64,000 nt of DNA from Candidatus Latescibacterota bacterium (lineage in GTDB: Bacteria > Latescibacterota > UBA2968 > GCA-2709665): contig OZ252100.1 in assembly GCA_965248435.1 (NCBI GenBank), forward strand, positions 3,136,001 to 3,200,000, in the 5' to 3' direction. The position numbers and the translations under genes were made by a program. Below the pieces are notes generated by a model that searched no databases, was not told where the DNA came from, and was given only the letters and a program-made list of their open reading frames with translations. Shown one piece after another: positions 27,503-36,935 of this stretch. Position 1 is the stretch's first letter. Each line of letters begins with the position of its first letter.

Positions 27503-27871
27503 TCATGGATTTCTTTCGAAGAGCTGCAGCAGAGTATCGTTTGGTCCCTTGAAGAACCCGAGACGGATCCCTCCTACGCCTGCATCAAACGGCTCCACCT
27601 CCATTTCGGTCCCCTTATCTTTCAGCTTCTGAGCGCTGGCATCCACACTGTCGACGTGAAACGAGATGTGGTGAAATCCCGCGTCCGTGCCCATCGTCTT
27701 CTTCGGCATCAGTTCGAGCGTGAAATCACCCGACTTCAGGAAGACAAAGTCCTCGTCATCTTCGTTCTGGAATCGCTCGGCAACGGTGAGGCCGAGGGTC
27801 TCGGTGTAGAATCTCACTGCGCCTTCGACGTCGTCTGTTACCAATGCCACTTTGTGGATCTTGTCGACCAT
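27503..27871 (-). CDS. VOC/glyoxalase family protein (methylmalonyl-CoA epimerase-like)
   Basis: AVRFYTETLGL, LEL, GFHHISFHVD, FFKGP. Confidence 0.85.
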   Translation of the reverse strand: MVDKIHKVALVTDDVEGAVRFYTETLGLTVAERFQNEDDEDFVFLKSGDFTLELMPKKTMGTDAGFHHISFHVDSVDASAQKLKDKGTEMEVEPFDAGVGGIRLGFFKGPNDTLLQLFERNP

Positions 27872-28678
27872 TCAGGACTCCTTTCTCAAATCCGTGGATC
27901 GTGGATCGTGCGTCGTGTCCTTTCGGACACGACAGGATCGTCGTTCATCACCTATTTGTCGGGTCCGAATCGATTGATGTACAGACGCTCGAGCAGCGAG
28001 CTCATCCATAAGGGCGCGCATAGTATTGTTGATTCGTTTGAACCGACCCTCGTCGGACAACATGCTGGTACCTGTTTGGACAAACGGCCCATCACGTTCT
28101 TCATCTGCGCAGTTGTGAATCAGTCGAGCTGCACCCGTTCGCGTCGTTTCAAGATGAAACTGCAGGGCAACTGCTCGATCCTCATAGGCGAAGGCCTGGT
28201 GCTCACAGCAGTCGCTCTTTGCGATGTGAGTGCAGCCTGCGGGGATGTCGAAGGTATCGCCGTGCCAGTGGAAGGCTTCGACCTCGCGAGGAAAGGAACC
28301 GAAGAGCGATGAATCAGATGCAGTCGGGACTTTCTTGACGGGGAACCAGCCGATCTCCTTGTGGGCATTGGGGTATACCTTCGCCCCGAGCACGTCGGCA
28401 AGGAACTGTGCACCGAGACAGACGCCGAGGATCGTCTTGTCTGCCTTCAACGCCTGCTCGATGGCTCGCTTTTCGAGTGAGAGCCAGGGGTAACGGTTTT
28501 CCTCGTAGACGCTCATCGGGCCGCCCATAATGACCAGGCATTCTATGTCTTCAGGGGGTGGTGGAGATTCCTTGGCGAAGAAACGCGTACGGGTGATTTT
28601 GTGGCCGTTTTCCGTCGCCCAGTCTCTGATGCGGCCGAGGTCTTCGAACGGGACGTGCTGAAAATAGTGCAAGTTCAC
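27872..28678 (-). CDS. Type 1 glutamine amidotransferase (GMP synthase-like GATase)
   Basis: QHVPFE, MGGPMSV, GVCLGAQ, HWHGDTF, QFHLE; C-terminal tail runs through a repeat element. Confidence 0.92.
   Translation of the reverse strand: MNLHYFQHVPFEDLGRIRDWATENGHKITRTRFFAKESPPPPEDIECLVIMGGPMSVYEENRYPWLSLEKRAIEQALKADKTILGVCLGAQFLADVLGAKVYPNAHKEIGWFPVKKVPTASDSSLFGSFPREVEAFHWHGDTFDIPAGCTHIAKSDCCEHQAFAYEDRAVALQFHLETTRTGAARLIHNCADEERDGPFVQTGTSMLSDEGRFKRINNTMRALMDELAARASVHQSIRTRQIGDERRSCRVRKDTTHDPRSTDLRKES
27913..27946. repeat. 34-nt hairpin repeat, copy 2 (inside GATase 3' end)
   Basis: Identical to 15886-15919. Confidence 0.9.
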
Positions 28679-28758
28679 GCTGAAGTCCGCTTAAGTGATC
28701 GAGGTCAAGGGGCTATGACAATGCTCCGAAGTGAGTTCGCCCAACGACTTGGAGCACG

Positions 28759-28795
28759 CAAAACAAGCCCCCGCCGGAAAGGCCGACCGGCGGGG
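28759..28795 (-). terminator. Probable intrinsic terminator after the cupin gene
   Basis: Minus strand CCCCGCCGG-tcggccttt-CCGGCGGGG followed by gcttgttttg. Confidence 0.6.
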
Positions 28796-28828
28796 ACGGA
28801 TCTGCAGACCCCCGATTCTCTGGTGCGA

Positions 28829-29245
28829 CTATGGATTGGGTGGGGACGTACAGATAAGGATTTCGAGGGTATCGTCGCCTGTATTCTCCACCCCGTGTTC
28901 ACACCAGGGTGGCAGGTGAATGAACATGCCCTCTCGGACCTCTCGTTTCTCTCCAGCAAGGGTCATCGTACCTCTGCCCCGCAAGATTACATAACACTCC
29001 TCGGTGTAGTGAGACCCTGGGTTCAGCACGACGTGGGGGGGAACGTAGAATTTCACGAGGCCCAAGTTCTTAGCGGGGGCGTTCGGGTTTGCTGGATGTA
29101 CAATCCGCACGCCGATGCCCTCACATCCGGAATATTTTACGGGCACGCCATCCTGAACCGTAACGACGTTGGCAGAGACAGGTTTGTCGGGCTTTGGAAT
29201 CGGAGGTTCACCCTCATAACCCTTGAACTGCGTGATTTTAGCCAT
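28829..29245 (-). CDS. Cupin domain protein
   Basis: H..EECYVILRG.G and HLPPWCEHGVENTG cupin motifs. Confidence 0.88.
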   Translation of the reverse strand: MAKITQFKGYEGEPPIPKPDKPVSANVVTVQDGVPVKYSGCEGIGVRIVHPANPNAPAKNLGLVKFYVPPHVVLNPGSHYTEECYVILRGRGTMTLAGEKREVREGMFIHLPPWCEHGVENTGDDTLEILICTSPPNP

Positions 29246-29266
29246 GTAGAACTCCTTGTTATCGAG

Positions 29267-30061
29267 TCAAAAATCTCGGTGATAGCCCGCGATCCAGCCT
29301 CCATCTACTGGAAGGACGACACCGTTGACATAACTTGCGTCGGGGGAAACGAGGAACAGCACGGCATTCGCGATTTCCTCTGTCTTACCGGGACGACCCA
29401 GCGGGATATGAGAGAGCATGTTCGCCGCCTTCTCCGATTGGAATCCATCCTTTCCATAGAAAAGTTTCTCCGTGCCGCGAGTTAGCGTGGATCCCGGGGC
29501 GACTGCGTTCACGAGGATCCCCTTCGAGCCGAGTTCTATGGCCATCGAACGCGTGAGGTTGGCCACGCCTGCCTTGGCCGCGACGTAGGCGCTCTGCAGG
29601 CGAAGTGGTACAAGCCCCGCAATCGAGCTGATGTTTACGATGCGGCCCCCTCCCGCTTTCAGCATGATCGGGACGACGGCCCGGCTGCAAACGAATACGC
29701 CGGTCAGATCGACTTCCAGGATGCGGTTCCAGTTCTCCAGAGTAAACTCGTGAAGGGGCGCACGGTCGCTGCCGGTGTTGATGCCTGCGTTATTCACGAG
29801 CACGGTTACGCGCTCCCATCTGTCAACGAATTTCGATACGACGTGCTCGATCTGCTTCGGGTCTGAGACATCTCCCTGTATGGCGTGGCAATCGGCTCCG
29901 GACGCCCTCACTTCCTCGGCAGCGGCCTCACCCGCTTCTCCATCCAAATCGACGATGCCCACTTTGGCACCGTTCTCAGCCAGTGCTTGGACGGTGGCCC
30001 GTCCGATCCCGTTGGCGCCACCTGTCACCAAACAAACGTCGTTTTCTAGATCGACTTTCAA
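29267..30061 (-). CDS. Short-chain dehydrogenase/reductase (FabG-like)
   Basis: TGGANGIG, NNAG, YVAAK, VNAVAPG, VDGG; probable TTG start at 30061 after RBS GGAGGTGG. Confidence 0.92.
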   Translation of the reverse strand: MKVDLENDVCLVTGGANGIGRATVQALAENGAKVGIVDLDGEAGEAAAEEVRASGADCHAIQGDVSDPKQIEHVVSKFVDRWERVTVLVNNAGINTGSDRAPLHEFTLENWNRILEVDLTGVFVCSRAVVPIMLKAGGGRIVNISSIAGLVPLRLQSAYVAAKAGVANLTRSMAIELGSKGILVNAVAPGSTLTRGTEKLFYGKDGFQSEKAANMLSHIPLGRPGKTEEIANAVLFLVSPDASYVNGVVLPVDGGWIAGYHRDF

Positions 30062-30252
30062 GTTTCCACCTCCTCGAGCGGAAGGAGCGTTCGTGCGACT
30101 TCGACAGCCCCGTGCCCGTAGGCATCCGCCTTGATTGATGCGATGATTTGCTTGTGTGGACCGATGCGGCGACGAATTTCGGCGTAGTTGGATTCCAGTG
30201 CCTCGAGGTCCAGTTCCATCCAGACTGGACGCGCTGATGTTTTCGAAGCCAT
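30058..30252 (-). pseudogene. alr: Truncated alanine racemase (N-terminal 64 aa only)
   Basis: RPVWMELDLEALESNY...ASIKADAYGHG (PLP-Lys motif), then a stop overlapping the SDR start. Confidence 0.85.
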
Positions 30253-30343
30253 CGCACTCTCTCTGGCCGGAAGGCTTCCCATCGGGCTCCTGAGTTCCAG
30301 ACTCAATCAGAAACATTCAGCTCGAGGCGTGCAGGACATGTGC

Positions 30344-31531
30344 TTATGAGGATGACTTTCTCCACGCCGGGTGCAGCTCGGCTCTTACTCGCTCCAGATC
30401 CAGATCCACGCCTAGACCGGGCCGGTCTGATAGTTCGAGGCGATTCTCGGTCCACTTCAACGGTTCCTGAAGGAAACGATCGTAACCTGGTTTGCTGCTG
30501 ATGCAATGCTCCAGCCTGTAGAAGTTCGGGATGGTCATCGCGACCTGGGCCCCGGCGAGGATCTGCCCTGGACCTTGTGCGTTGTGTGGGCTGACTGGTA
30601 TGTAGTAGGCCTCGGCCATCGTGGCGATCTTCTTAAGCTCTGAAATTCCGCCGGTCCAGACGACGTCCGGCATGATGAAATCGGCCAGACGCTGTTCGAG
30701 GACGGGAACGAAATCGAATCGCGTAAAGAGCCGCTCACCCACGCAGATCGCGGCCAGGATCTGCTCCCGCACGCTTCGAAGCGCGCCGAGGCTCTCCGGC
30801 GGAAGCGGTTCCTCGAACCAGGCGATTCTTGACTCGTCGTAGAGCCTGTTGGCGAGGCGGACGGCGGTCGGGACGTTGAACTGCCCGTGCGCGTCGATCA
30901 GAATTTCGATGTGAGGGCCCACGGCCTCGCGTATTGCGGCGACGATGGCGCTCCCCCGCTCCTCTCCTCGCGCGGAGATCTGGCCGTCCACGTAGGCGGT
31001 GAGGAAGGGGAACATCTCGAGGAAGGGATCCAGCTTCAACGCGTCGTGGCCTTCCTGTACCGTAGCTTCGGCGGCCTGGGCGTATTGCTCGGGCGTTTCG
31101 CATTCTTCGAACCAGGCGTTGGCGTAGAGGCGCAGGCTGTCACGGATCTTGCCGCCCAGGAGCTCGTAGACCGGCCTTCCCAGGGCCTTTCCTTTCAGGT
31201 CCCAGAGGGCGATGTCGATTCCGCTGAGGATGGTGCTCGGAAACCCGCGGGACCCCATGTAGGTATAGCGGCGGTAGAGCTTTTGCCACAAGCGCTCTAT
31301 GTCGGCGGGATCTTCGCCGACGAGCGACTCTCTCACCGACCGGACACCGGCGCCCGTAAGGAGGGAGCCATTGTTCGGGGTGCTGGAGGCCTCGCCCCAT
31401 CCCTGCAGCCCTTCGTCCGTGTCGATGGTGACGAAGGTCCACTGCCATTCGCTGATACCTAACGGATCGTCGTCCTTTTGCCGGCCGTATTCAGGCACGA
31501 CGACGTAGGCGTTTACGTCCGTGATCTTCAC
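30344..31531 (-). CDS. Mandelate racemase/galactonate dehydratase-like enolase-family enzyme
   Basis: TDEG..GWGE, SGIDIALWDLKGK, KLDP, IDAHG, WFEEP, VGE, GGISE, PHN. Confidence 0.9.
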   Translation of the reverse strand: MKITDVNAYVVVPEYGRQKDDDPLGISEWQWTFVTIDTDEGLQGWGEASSTPNNGSLLTGAGVRSVRESLVGEDPADIERLWQKLYRRYTYMGSRGFPSTILSGIDIALWDLKGKALGRPVYELLGGKIRDSLRLYANAWFEECETPEQYAQAAEATVQEGHDALKLDPFLEMFPFLTAYVDGQISARGEERGSAIVAAIREAVGPHIEILIDAHGQFNVPTAVRLANRLYDESRIAWFEEPLPPESLGALRSVREQILAAICVGERLFTRFDFVPVLEQRLADFIMPDVVWTGGISELKKIATMAEAYYIPVSPHNAQGPGQILAGAQVAMTIPNFYRLEHCISSKPGYDRFLQEPLKWTENRLELSDRPGLGVDLDLERVRAELHPAWRKSSS

Positions 31532-31568
31532 GGGCTCAGTCTTTCTGTGGTGGAGTCACCGCTGTTGC

Positions 31569-33170
31569 CTAACGCTTCAAAGGGGCTCCGCCCCGTAGCT
31601 GAACGAGGATCTGATCGTAGAGGTCGGGATCCATTTGCACATCGATCACAGCAGGTCCGTCTGTTTTCAGGGCTTCAGAGAACGCCCTTTCGAATTCTGA
31701 TTCAGATGCGACCTGGACGCCGCGACAGCCGCACGATTCTGCCATCTTGGCAAAGTTTACGGGTCCCAAATCCAACCCCCGTCGCTCGAGGCCTCGAGTC
31801 GCCTGTCGAGACCGTATGGTGCCGAGTCCCCTGTCGTTGAAGACGATGAGGGTCAGTGGAACTTTCATTCGGCCTGCCAGCTCGAGCTCTCCGGCTCGCA
31901 TGAGCAGCCCTCCGTCTCCAACCATGCAGACAATTCGCCGATCACTGCGCAAGAGCCCGGCCGCCAGCGCGGCAGGGAGCGCCAGCCCCATCGTTCGGGC
32001 GCATAGCGTTCCCAGATAGGTGCCGTAGGCGTAGCTGATCCAGACGTGTTCGACGACGGCCTGGTAGATCCCTGTCTCGAGTACCAGAATAGTATCACGG
32101 GGGCTAAGGTTTCGCGTGATCTCAACGACCTGCTGGGGCCAAAAGCCGGGTCCCTTGGGTTCGGCGCGCTCCTTTAGCTTTTGCAACGCAGCAGCGACGT
32201 CTTCTGTCGCCCACTTTTCTGAGCCGGAAGCCGCAAGGCTGTCCAGGATGTCCGGAAGGTGACCAATGACTCGCGCCTCCGGCGCGTGTGGGATGTCACT
32301 CCCCTGATCGATACAATCCAGCAATAGCACCGGCTGCTCGTAGGCCCACTCCTTCATCAATTCGTGGCGATCCCATCCGATTGTAAGGAAGAGGTCTGCC
32401 TGGTCTGTGATGTGCTCCTCCGCCCTTCCGTGGGCTAGAAAGAGTCCACCAAAGAGCGGATGGTCTTCTGGAAACAGTCCTCGGGCTTTAACACTGGTCA
32501 TTACCGGGATGGACCAGGCCTCTGCAAAACGAATGAGAGCATCGTCGGCGCCGGCGCGGGCGCAGGCAGCGCCTACCAGAGCCACAGGCTTTTCAGCCGC
32601 GCGGAGTCTTTTGACGATGACATCTACGTCTGGAGTATCGGGTTTCAGACTCTCTCGGAGCGAGACCTCCGACGGTCCGAATTCCACCAGGTCCGCATGG
32701 CCGTCGGGAACGTCTAGATGGACCGGCCCGGGACGTTCCTGGGACGCCGTTCGCCAGAGGGTCGAAAGGCAGGTGTCCGGGGTAAGAAGCTCTCGCCGTT
32801 TGGTCGTCGGTGAAAAGACGCTCTCGTGATCCAGGTTCTGAAGTGCCGGAGGCCGGGAGAGCTTGCGCGAAAAAGTTTCGGTGATGGCCAGCATGGGCGC
32901 GTGTTCCAACCATGCGTAGGCGACGCCGCTGTTCAAGTTCGCCGCCCCGGGACCTCTTATGGAGAGGCAGACGCCCGGGATTCCGGTGAGCTCGCCGTGG
33001 ACTGCGGCCATCATGGCAGCAGAACCCTCGTGCGCGGTGGCTACGAAATCTATGCCCCGACGGGAGGCCGCATCGATGAGATCCAGCGAGAAGCCGCTGC
33101 CGGGAATTCCGAAGATATAACGGATGCCCTGTGAAGAAAGGTGATCGGCAATGAGCTCGGCTCCGGTCAC
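31569..33170 (-). CDS. Thiamine diphosphate-dependent enzyme (acetolactate synthase-like)
   Basis: FGIPG, HE..AAMMA, GPG..N, PGPVHLD, GDGG...FND; GTG start overlapping the upstream stop. Confidence 0.9.
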   Translation of the reverse strand: MTGAELIADHLSSQGIRYIFGIPGSGFSLDLIDAASRRGIDFVATAHEGSAAMMAAVHGELTGIPGVCLSIRGPGAANLNSGVAYAWLEHAPMLAITETFSRKLSRPPALQNLDHESVFSPTTKRRELLTPDTCLSTLWRTASQERPGPVHLDVPDGHADLVEFGPSEVSLRESLKPDTPDVDVIVKRLRAAEKPVALVGAACARAGADDALIRFAEAWSIPVMTSVKARGLFPEDHPLFGGLFLAHGRAEEHITDQADLFLTIGWDRHELMKEWAYEQPVLLLDCIDQGSDIPHAPEARVIGHLPDILDSLAASGSEKWATEDVAAALQKLKERAEPKGPGFWPQQVVEITRNLSPRDTILVLETGIYQAVVEHVWISYAYGTYLGTLCARTMGLALPAALAAGLLRSDRRIVCMVGDGGLLMRAGELELAGRMKVPLTLIVFNDRGLGTIRSRQATRGLERRGLDLGPVNFAKMAESCGCRGVQVASESEFERAFSEALKTDGPAVIDVQMDPDLYDQILVQLRGGAPLKR

Positions 33171-34219
33171 TGACCTGCTCCTTCCCACGTGAAGATGATC
33201 TTACCGGTCTTGCCCGAGTCAAAACATTCGTACGCTTCCGGGGCCTGTTCGATGGAGAACCGGTGGGTAATCAGGGACTCCATCGGCAGGTCTTTCTTCA
33301 GGACGAAGTCTACGATCTCGTCGTGTTGTCCACGGTTGAAGATCCACGATCCCATCAGGGTCAGCTGCTTAGAGATGATCTGCATCGTGTCCACGCTGAA
33401 AGAATCCCCGATGCCGACAATTGCGAGACGGGCGCCCTTGGCTGCGGCAGCCATCATGGCTTCCTGACCGTTCGAGTTTCCAGAGTAGTCGGCGCCTGCG
33501 TCCACGCCCCTGCCTCCTGTCAGATCTTGTATCGTCTTTACAGGATCGTTTCGAGACGCATCGATACCTTCAAAGGCACCGACCTTTCTGGCCAGTTCTA
33601 CGCGATCCGGCACAACGTCGACGCCGATAACGCTGGCTCCGCGCGCCGCAGCCATAATCACGGCGCAGAGGCCGACAGGACCCAGGCCGAAGATGGCTAC
33701 TGTATCCGCGCCCGAAACGTTCAGCCGATTGATCGACTGATAGGCGGTGCCGCCCGCACAGGAGATAATGACCGCTCGTTTGAAATCGAGCGCGTCCGGG
33801 ATCGACATGCAGTCTCGCTCTGGCGCGAGGATGAAGTCAGCAGATGAGCCGTCGCGAACAACGCCGTAGGCGCCTCGCTCCGGGCAGAGCGTCACGTCTC
33901 CTCTTCTACAGGCGCCGCAGTGTCCGCACCCGCAATGAAGGAACACAGTTACTCGATCACCGGGCTTCAAGCGCGACACCTTACTTCCGACTGCATCTAC
34001 GATACCGGTTGCTTCGTGCCCTGAGATCGTGTCGGGCGAACCTCCTGAGACTTTCCTATAGGCAAGCAGGTCCTCCCGGCCCTTCCTGTAGGTATGCATG
34101 TCGGACCCGCAGATCGACGCGACTTTCAGCTGAACGCGAACTTCGTCTGGACCCGGATCAGGCGTGGGGAAGTCTCTGACTTCCGCCCTGCGGTCTCCCG
34201 AAAACACAACGCCTCTCAT
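33167..34219 (-). CDS. Zn-dependent medium-chain dehydrogenase
   Basis: ICGSD, GHE..G, CGHCGAC...C, GLGPVG. Confidence 0.92.
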   Translation of the reverse strand: MRGVVFSGDRRAEVRDFPTPDPGPDEVRVQLKVASICGSDMHTYRKGREDLLAYRKVSGGSPDTISGHEATGIVDAVGSKVSRLKPGDRVTVFLHCGCGHCGACRRGDVTLCPERGAYGVVRDGSSADFILAPERDCMSIPDALDFKRAVIISCAGGTAYQSINRLNVSGADTVAIFGLGPVGLCAVIMAAARGASVIGVDVVPDRVELARKVGAFEGIDASRNDPVKTIQDLTGGRGVDAGADYSGNSNGQEAMMAAAAKGARLAIVGIGDSFSVDTMQIISKQLTLMGSWIFNRGQHDEIVDFVLKKDLPMESLITHRFSIEQAPEAYECFDSGKTGKIIFTWEGAGQ

Positions 34220-34370
34220 GACCCGCTCTCCATCCGGCCTCGAGGTGTCCGGATCTTCGGAATTGAATGTGTTATTCTTTTGCCGGTTAGATCTAAATTA
34301 GACGGTGATTCAAATTGCTTGATTTGAGTGAGGTCCGCATGCAACCGGTCCGCGTGTTCGTATACAAGGT

Positions 34371-35543
34371 TCACGCTTTGTTGCGCACAAAAGCCAGCGT
34401 TGGATCCGCCGCACGGATCTCTGCCTCCGGCAGGCCGAGTTCCTTCCTGACGATGTTGGTTCCTTCCACGAGCGCAATACATTTGTAGAACGCGATCCGC
34501 CTCGAGATCCCCTCACGACCGAACCCGCAGTCCGTGGTGATAATCAGCCGTTCCGGAGGGATGTGGTTCAAGGCCTTTCGGATGAGGTCCGCCACGACTT
34601 CCGGCGGCTCGACGACGGTGTTCGTGTGGCTCACGGCACCGATCGCGACCTTCTTATCGCTCGGAAGAGATTCAAGAAGGGCCAGATCCTTGCCTCCTGT
34701 GCTTGCGCATTCGAAGGTGATCGCGTCGGCGTTCAGCATGGAAAGGTATGGCAGCGCCCGTTCGTAACTGGGTCGCTCCCAGAATAGCGCCTGTTGACTC
34801 GGGTTTCCCCAGCAGGTGTGGACCCATATTTCCGCGTTTACTCCTTCCACCTCTTTGTTGAATGCCTCTGTCAAGAAGAGGAGATCCTCTTCGGTCGTTT
34901 CCGGGTTCAGCGCCCGAAAGTGATGCTGGGGCTCTTCCACCTGGATGAGCTGACATCCTGCCTCGGCCAATTCCTTCAGTTCGGCGTTGAAGATCGCGAC
35001 GAGATCAAGGATCATCTCCCGCTCGTTTCCGTAGGCCTCGTCCCAGAGCATGCTTGGAAGCGTCTGAGCGCTCACAGAGCCGAACTTCACCGGACGCTCT
35101 GTGAGTCGCTGCGCCGTCTGCCAAACGGCCGGGTATTCCATGGGCCCACGTCCCAGTTTCTCAACTGCCGTCGGTGCTTGATACGCTTCCTGGACTTCCC
35201 AAAGTATCTTCCCCGGCCGCAGGTCCAGGCGTTTTGACCATCCGGGTGAGTTATCTCGACGCCCGGCAACGCCTTCCATCCTCTCCAATGGGTAGAAGAA
35301 CCAGGACCGCCCCCCCACGTCCTGGTCGAACCGGGCGTCCCCGTCGGTCAGGATATCCAGGCCGGCCCTCGCCTGGTCGTTCAGGATACAGGCGACCGCA
35401 TCAAGATACTGCTCCCGAAATCGTTCATCCGCCAACGCGAGCTTGAACGGCCTTCCGCGCAGATTTTCCACGTACCAGTGCGGACGCGGATAAGAGCCGA
35501 CCATCGTCGTCGGTAGAATCTTGTCCTTTGTAACCGTGAGCAT
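34371..35543 (-). CDS. Cobalamin-independent methionine synthase II family Zn protein (MetE C-terminal-like)
   Basis: TTMVGSYPRP, TDGD, IQVEEP, HTCWGN, FE, TDCGFG; single-barrel length. Confidence 0.88.
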   Translation of the reverse strand: MLTVTKDKILPTTMVGSYPRPHWYVENLRGRPFKLALADERFREQYLDAVACILNDQARAGLDILTDGDARFDQDVGGRSWFFYPLERMEGVAGRRDNSPGWSKRLDLRPGKILWEVQEAYQAPTAVEKLGRGPMEYPAVWQTAQRLTERPVKFGSVSAQTLPSMLWDEAYGNEREMILDLVAIFNAELKELAEAGCQLIQVEEPQHHFRALNPETTEEDLLFLTEAFNKEVEGVNAEIWVHTCWGNPSQQALFWERPSYERALPYLSMLNADAITFECASTGGKDLALLESLPSDKKVAIGAVSHTNTVVEPPEVVADLIRKALNHIPPERLIITTDCGFGREGISRRIAFYKCIALVEGTNIVRKELGLPEAEIRAADPTLAFVRNKA

Positions 35544-35561
35544 ATGGCTGACCTGGCCTCC

Positions 35562-36926
35562 TCAGTTGTTAAGCACATCGGAACGAAGGTTCACTGTGAG
35601 TGTAAACGTCTCGCCTGAATCTGTGCTTTTGTAGAGAAAGAAGCCCTCGGTAATCGCGAAGGCTATTGTGGGGTCGGAGGGCGCGACCACAATATCCGTA
35701 ATTGTGCCGGTTGCATCCAGTACCGATTGACTCGACTGAAGACCATCAGTCGACCGGTAGAGCGTGGAGGAGCCTGCAAAAAGAACGAGCAGCGGATCTG
35801 AAGGAGAGACTGCGACGGGGCCGTTGGCCTGATTTATCTGAGTTGTGGACCAGGTTGTCCCGCCATCGATCGACTTTTGTAAAACAAACGAATTTCGCTC
35901 GTTCGCATAGATGGTTTGTCCGTCTGAAGAGACATCAAATCCTGTGATTAGAAGGGGCTGTAGTTCGGAGGCAAAGGCTTCCCAGGTGAGACCGGAATCT
36001 CGGCTTCTGAAGAAACCGAGATTTTCAGATGTCTCGCTGAAATTGAAGCCGAAGGTGATTAACTGGGTTTGTGGACTTGCCACCGCGAGCAATCGCCAGT
36101 ATCCGTTCTTAGTTTCATTTTCTGCGATTTCTACTCGAGACCAGGTATCACCGCGGTCGGAAGATCGATAGATACCGCCGTCAAAAAACTGACCCTGGAG
36201 GGCAGAGAATGAGGCCTCGCCGCCTTCCACGCCAATGATGACGACGTTGGGACTGTCCGGATCGACCTGAACGGAGGTGATGCGGGAATTGAAGAGCCCG
36301 CAGTTCGCACGGCTCCAGGTTTCTCCACCGTCCGTACTTTTGTAGACGCCGGCGGGGGCACTCGGGTGGTCCCCGATGATCGGTCCGGGCGAGTCCAGGG
36401 TCGCTGCGTAGACGTTGGATGGATCGACCGGGTCGAAGGCGATGTCCCAGACTTCCGGGTAACCATTGTTCGTGTGACGCAATCCGCTGCGGAACCTCGT
36501 CCAGCTTTCGCCACCATCGGTGCTCTTCACGAACCCGTTGCGCTCGGTGCCGATAAGGAGGATCTCCGGGTCCGATGGATGGACCGTCAGCGACCGGAAT
36601 GCATTGTCGTGGTCGGCCCCCTCCGGTCCGTCTGGTCCCTGGATGATCTCTAGCCCGTTTCCGACCTCGTTCCCACAGTCCTCCGGCTTTACCTCCTGAT
36701 CAAACAGCAAGACGAATGCGATAAAATCGAGGAGGTCGACCTTGCCACTGTGGTCGAGGTCGTACTTGCTCTGGGTGCTTTCGAAGGCTAATGCGAATTC
36801 TATGAAGTCGAGTAGATCGATCTTCCCACTGCCGTCAAAGTCGGCGTCGAAGGCTGTCTGTCCCAGGGCCGTGTGTGGAATGAGCAGCAGCAGCGAAACG
36901 ATGAGGATTGTCGTAGGTTTACTCAA
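35562..36926 (-). CDS. Secreted protein: dockerin/EF-hand-like N-terminal tag + BNR/YCF48-type beta-propeller
   Basis: Signal peptide; DFDGSGKIDLLDF...YDLDHSGKVDLLDF; repeated S-T-D-G-G-x-(S/T)-W Asp boxes. Confidence 0.82.
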   Translation of the reverse strand: MSKPTTILIVSLLLLIPHTALGQTAFDADFDGSGKIDLLDFIEFALAFESTQSKYDLDHSGKVDLLDFIAFVLLFDQEVKPEDCGNEVGNGLEIIQGPDGPEGADHDNAFRSLTVHPSDPEILLIGTERNGFVKSTDGGESWTRFRSGLRHTNNGYPEVWDIAFDPVDPSNVYAATLDSPGPIIGDHPSAPAGVYKSTDGGETWSRANCGLFNSRITSVQVDPDSPNVVIIGVEGGEASFSALQGQFFDGGIYRSSDRGDTWSRVEIAENETKNGYWRLLAVASPQTQLITFGFNFSETSENLGFFRSRDSGLTWEAFASELQPLLITGFDVSSDGQTIYANERNSFVLQKSIDGGTTWSTTQINQANGPVAVSPSDPLLVLFAGSSTLYRSTDGLQSSQSVLDATGTITDIVVAPSDPTIAFAITEGFFLYKSTDSGETFTLTVNLRSDVLNN

Positions 36927-36935
36927 TTGTCCTCG

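Noticed and set aside
30058-30061. Programmed frameshift or read-through fusing alr to the SDR
   Set aside because: The Alr part is a small fragment of the barrel, no slippery site is evident, and the SDR has its own SD.
30062-30316. 85-aa N-terminal extension of the SDR in the ORF track
   Set aside because: It overlaps the alr remnant in another frame; an SD plus TTG at 30061 gives a normal-length SDR.
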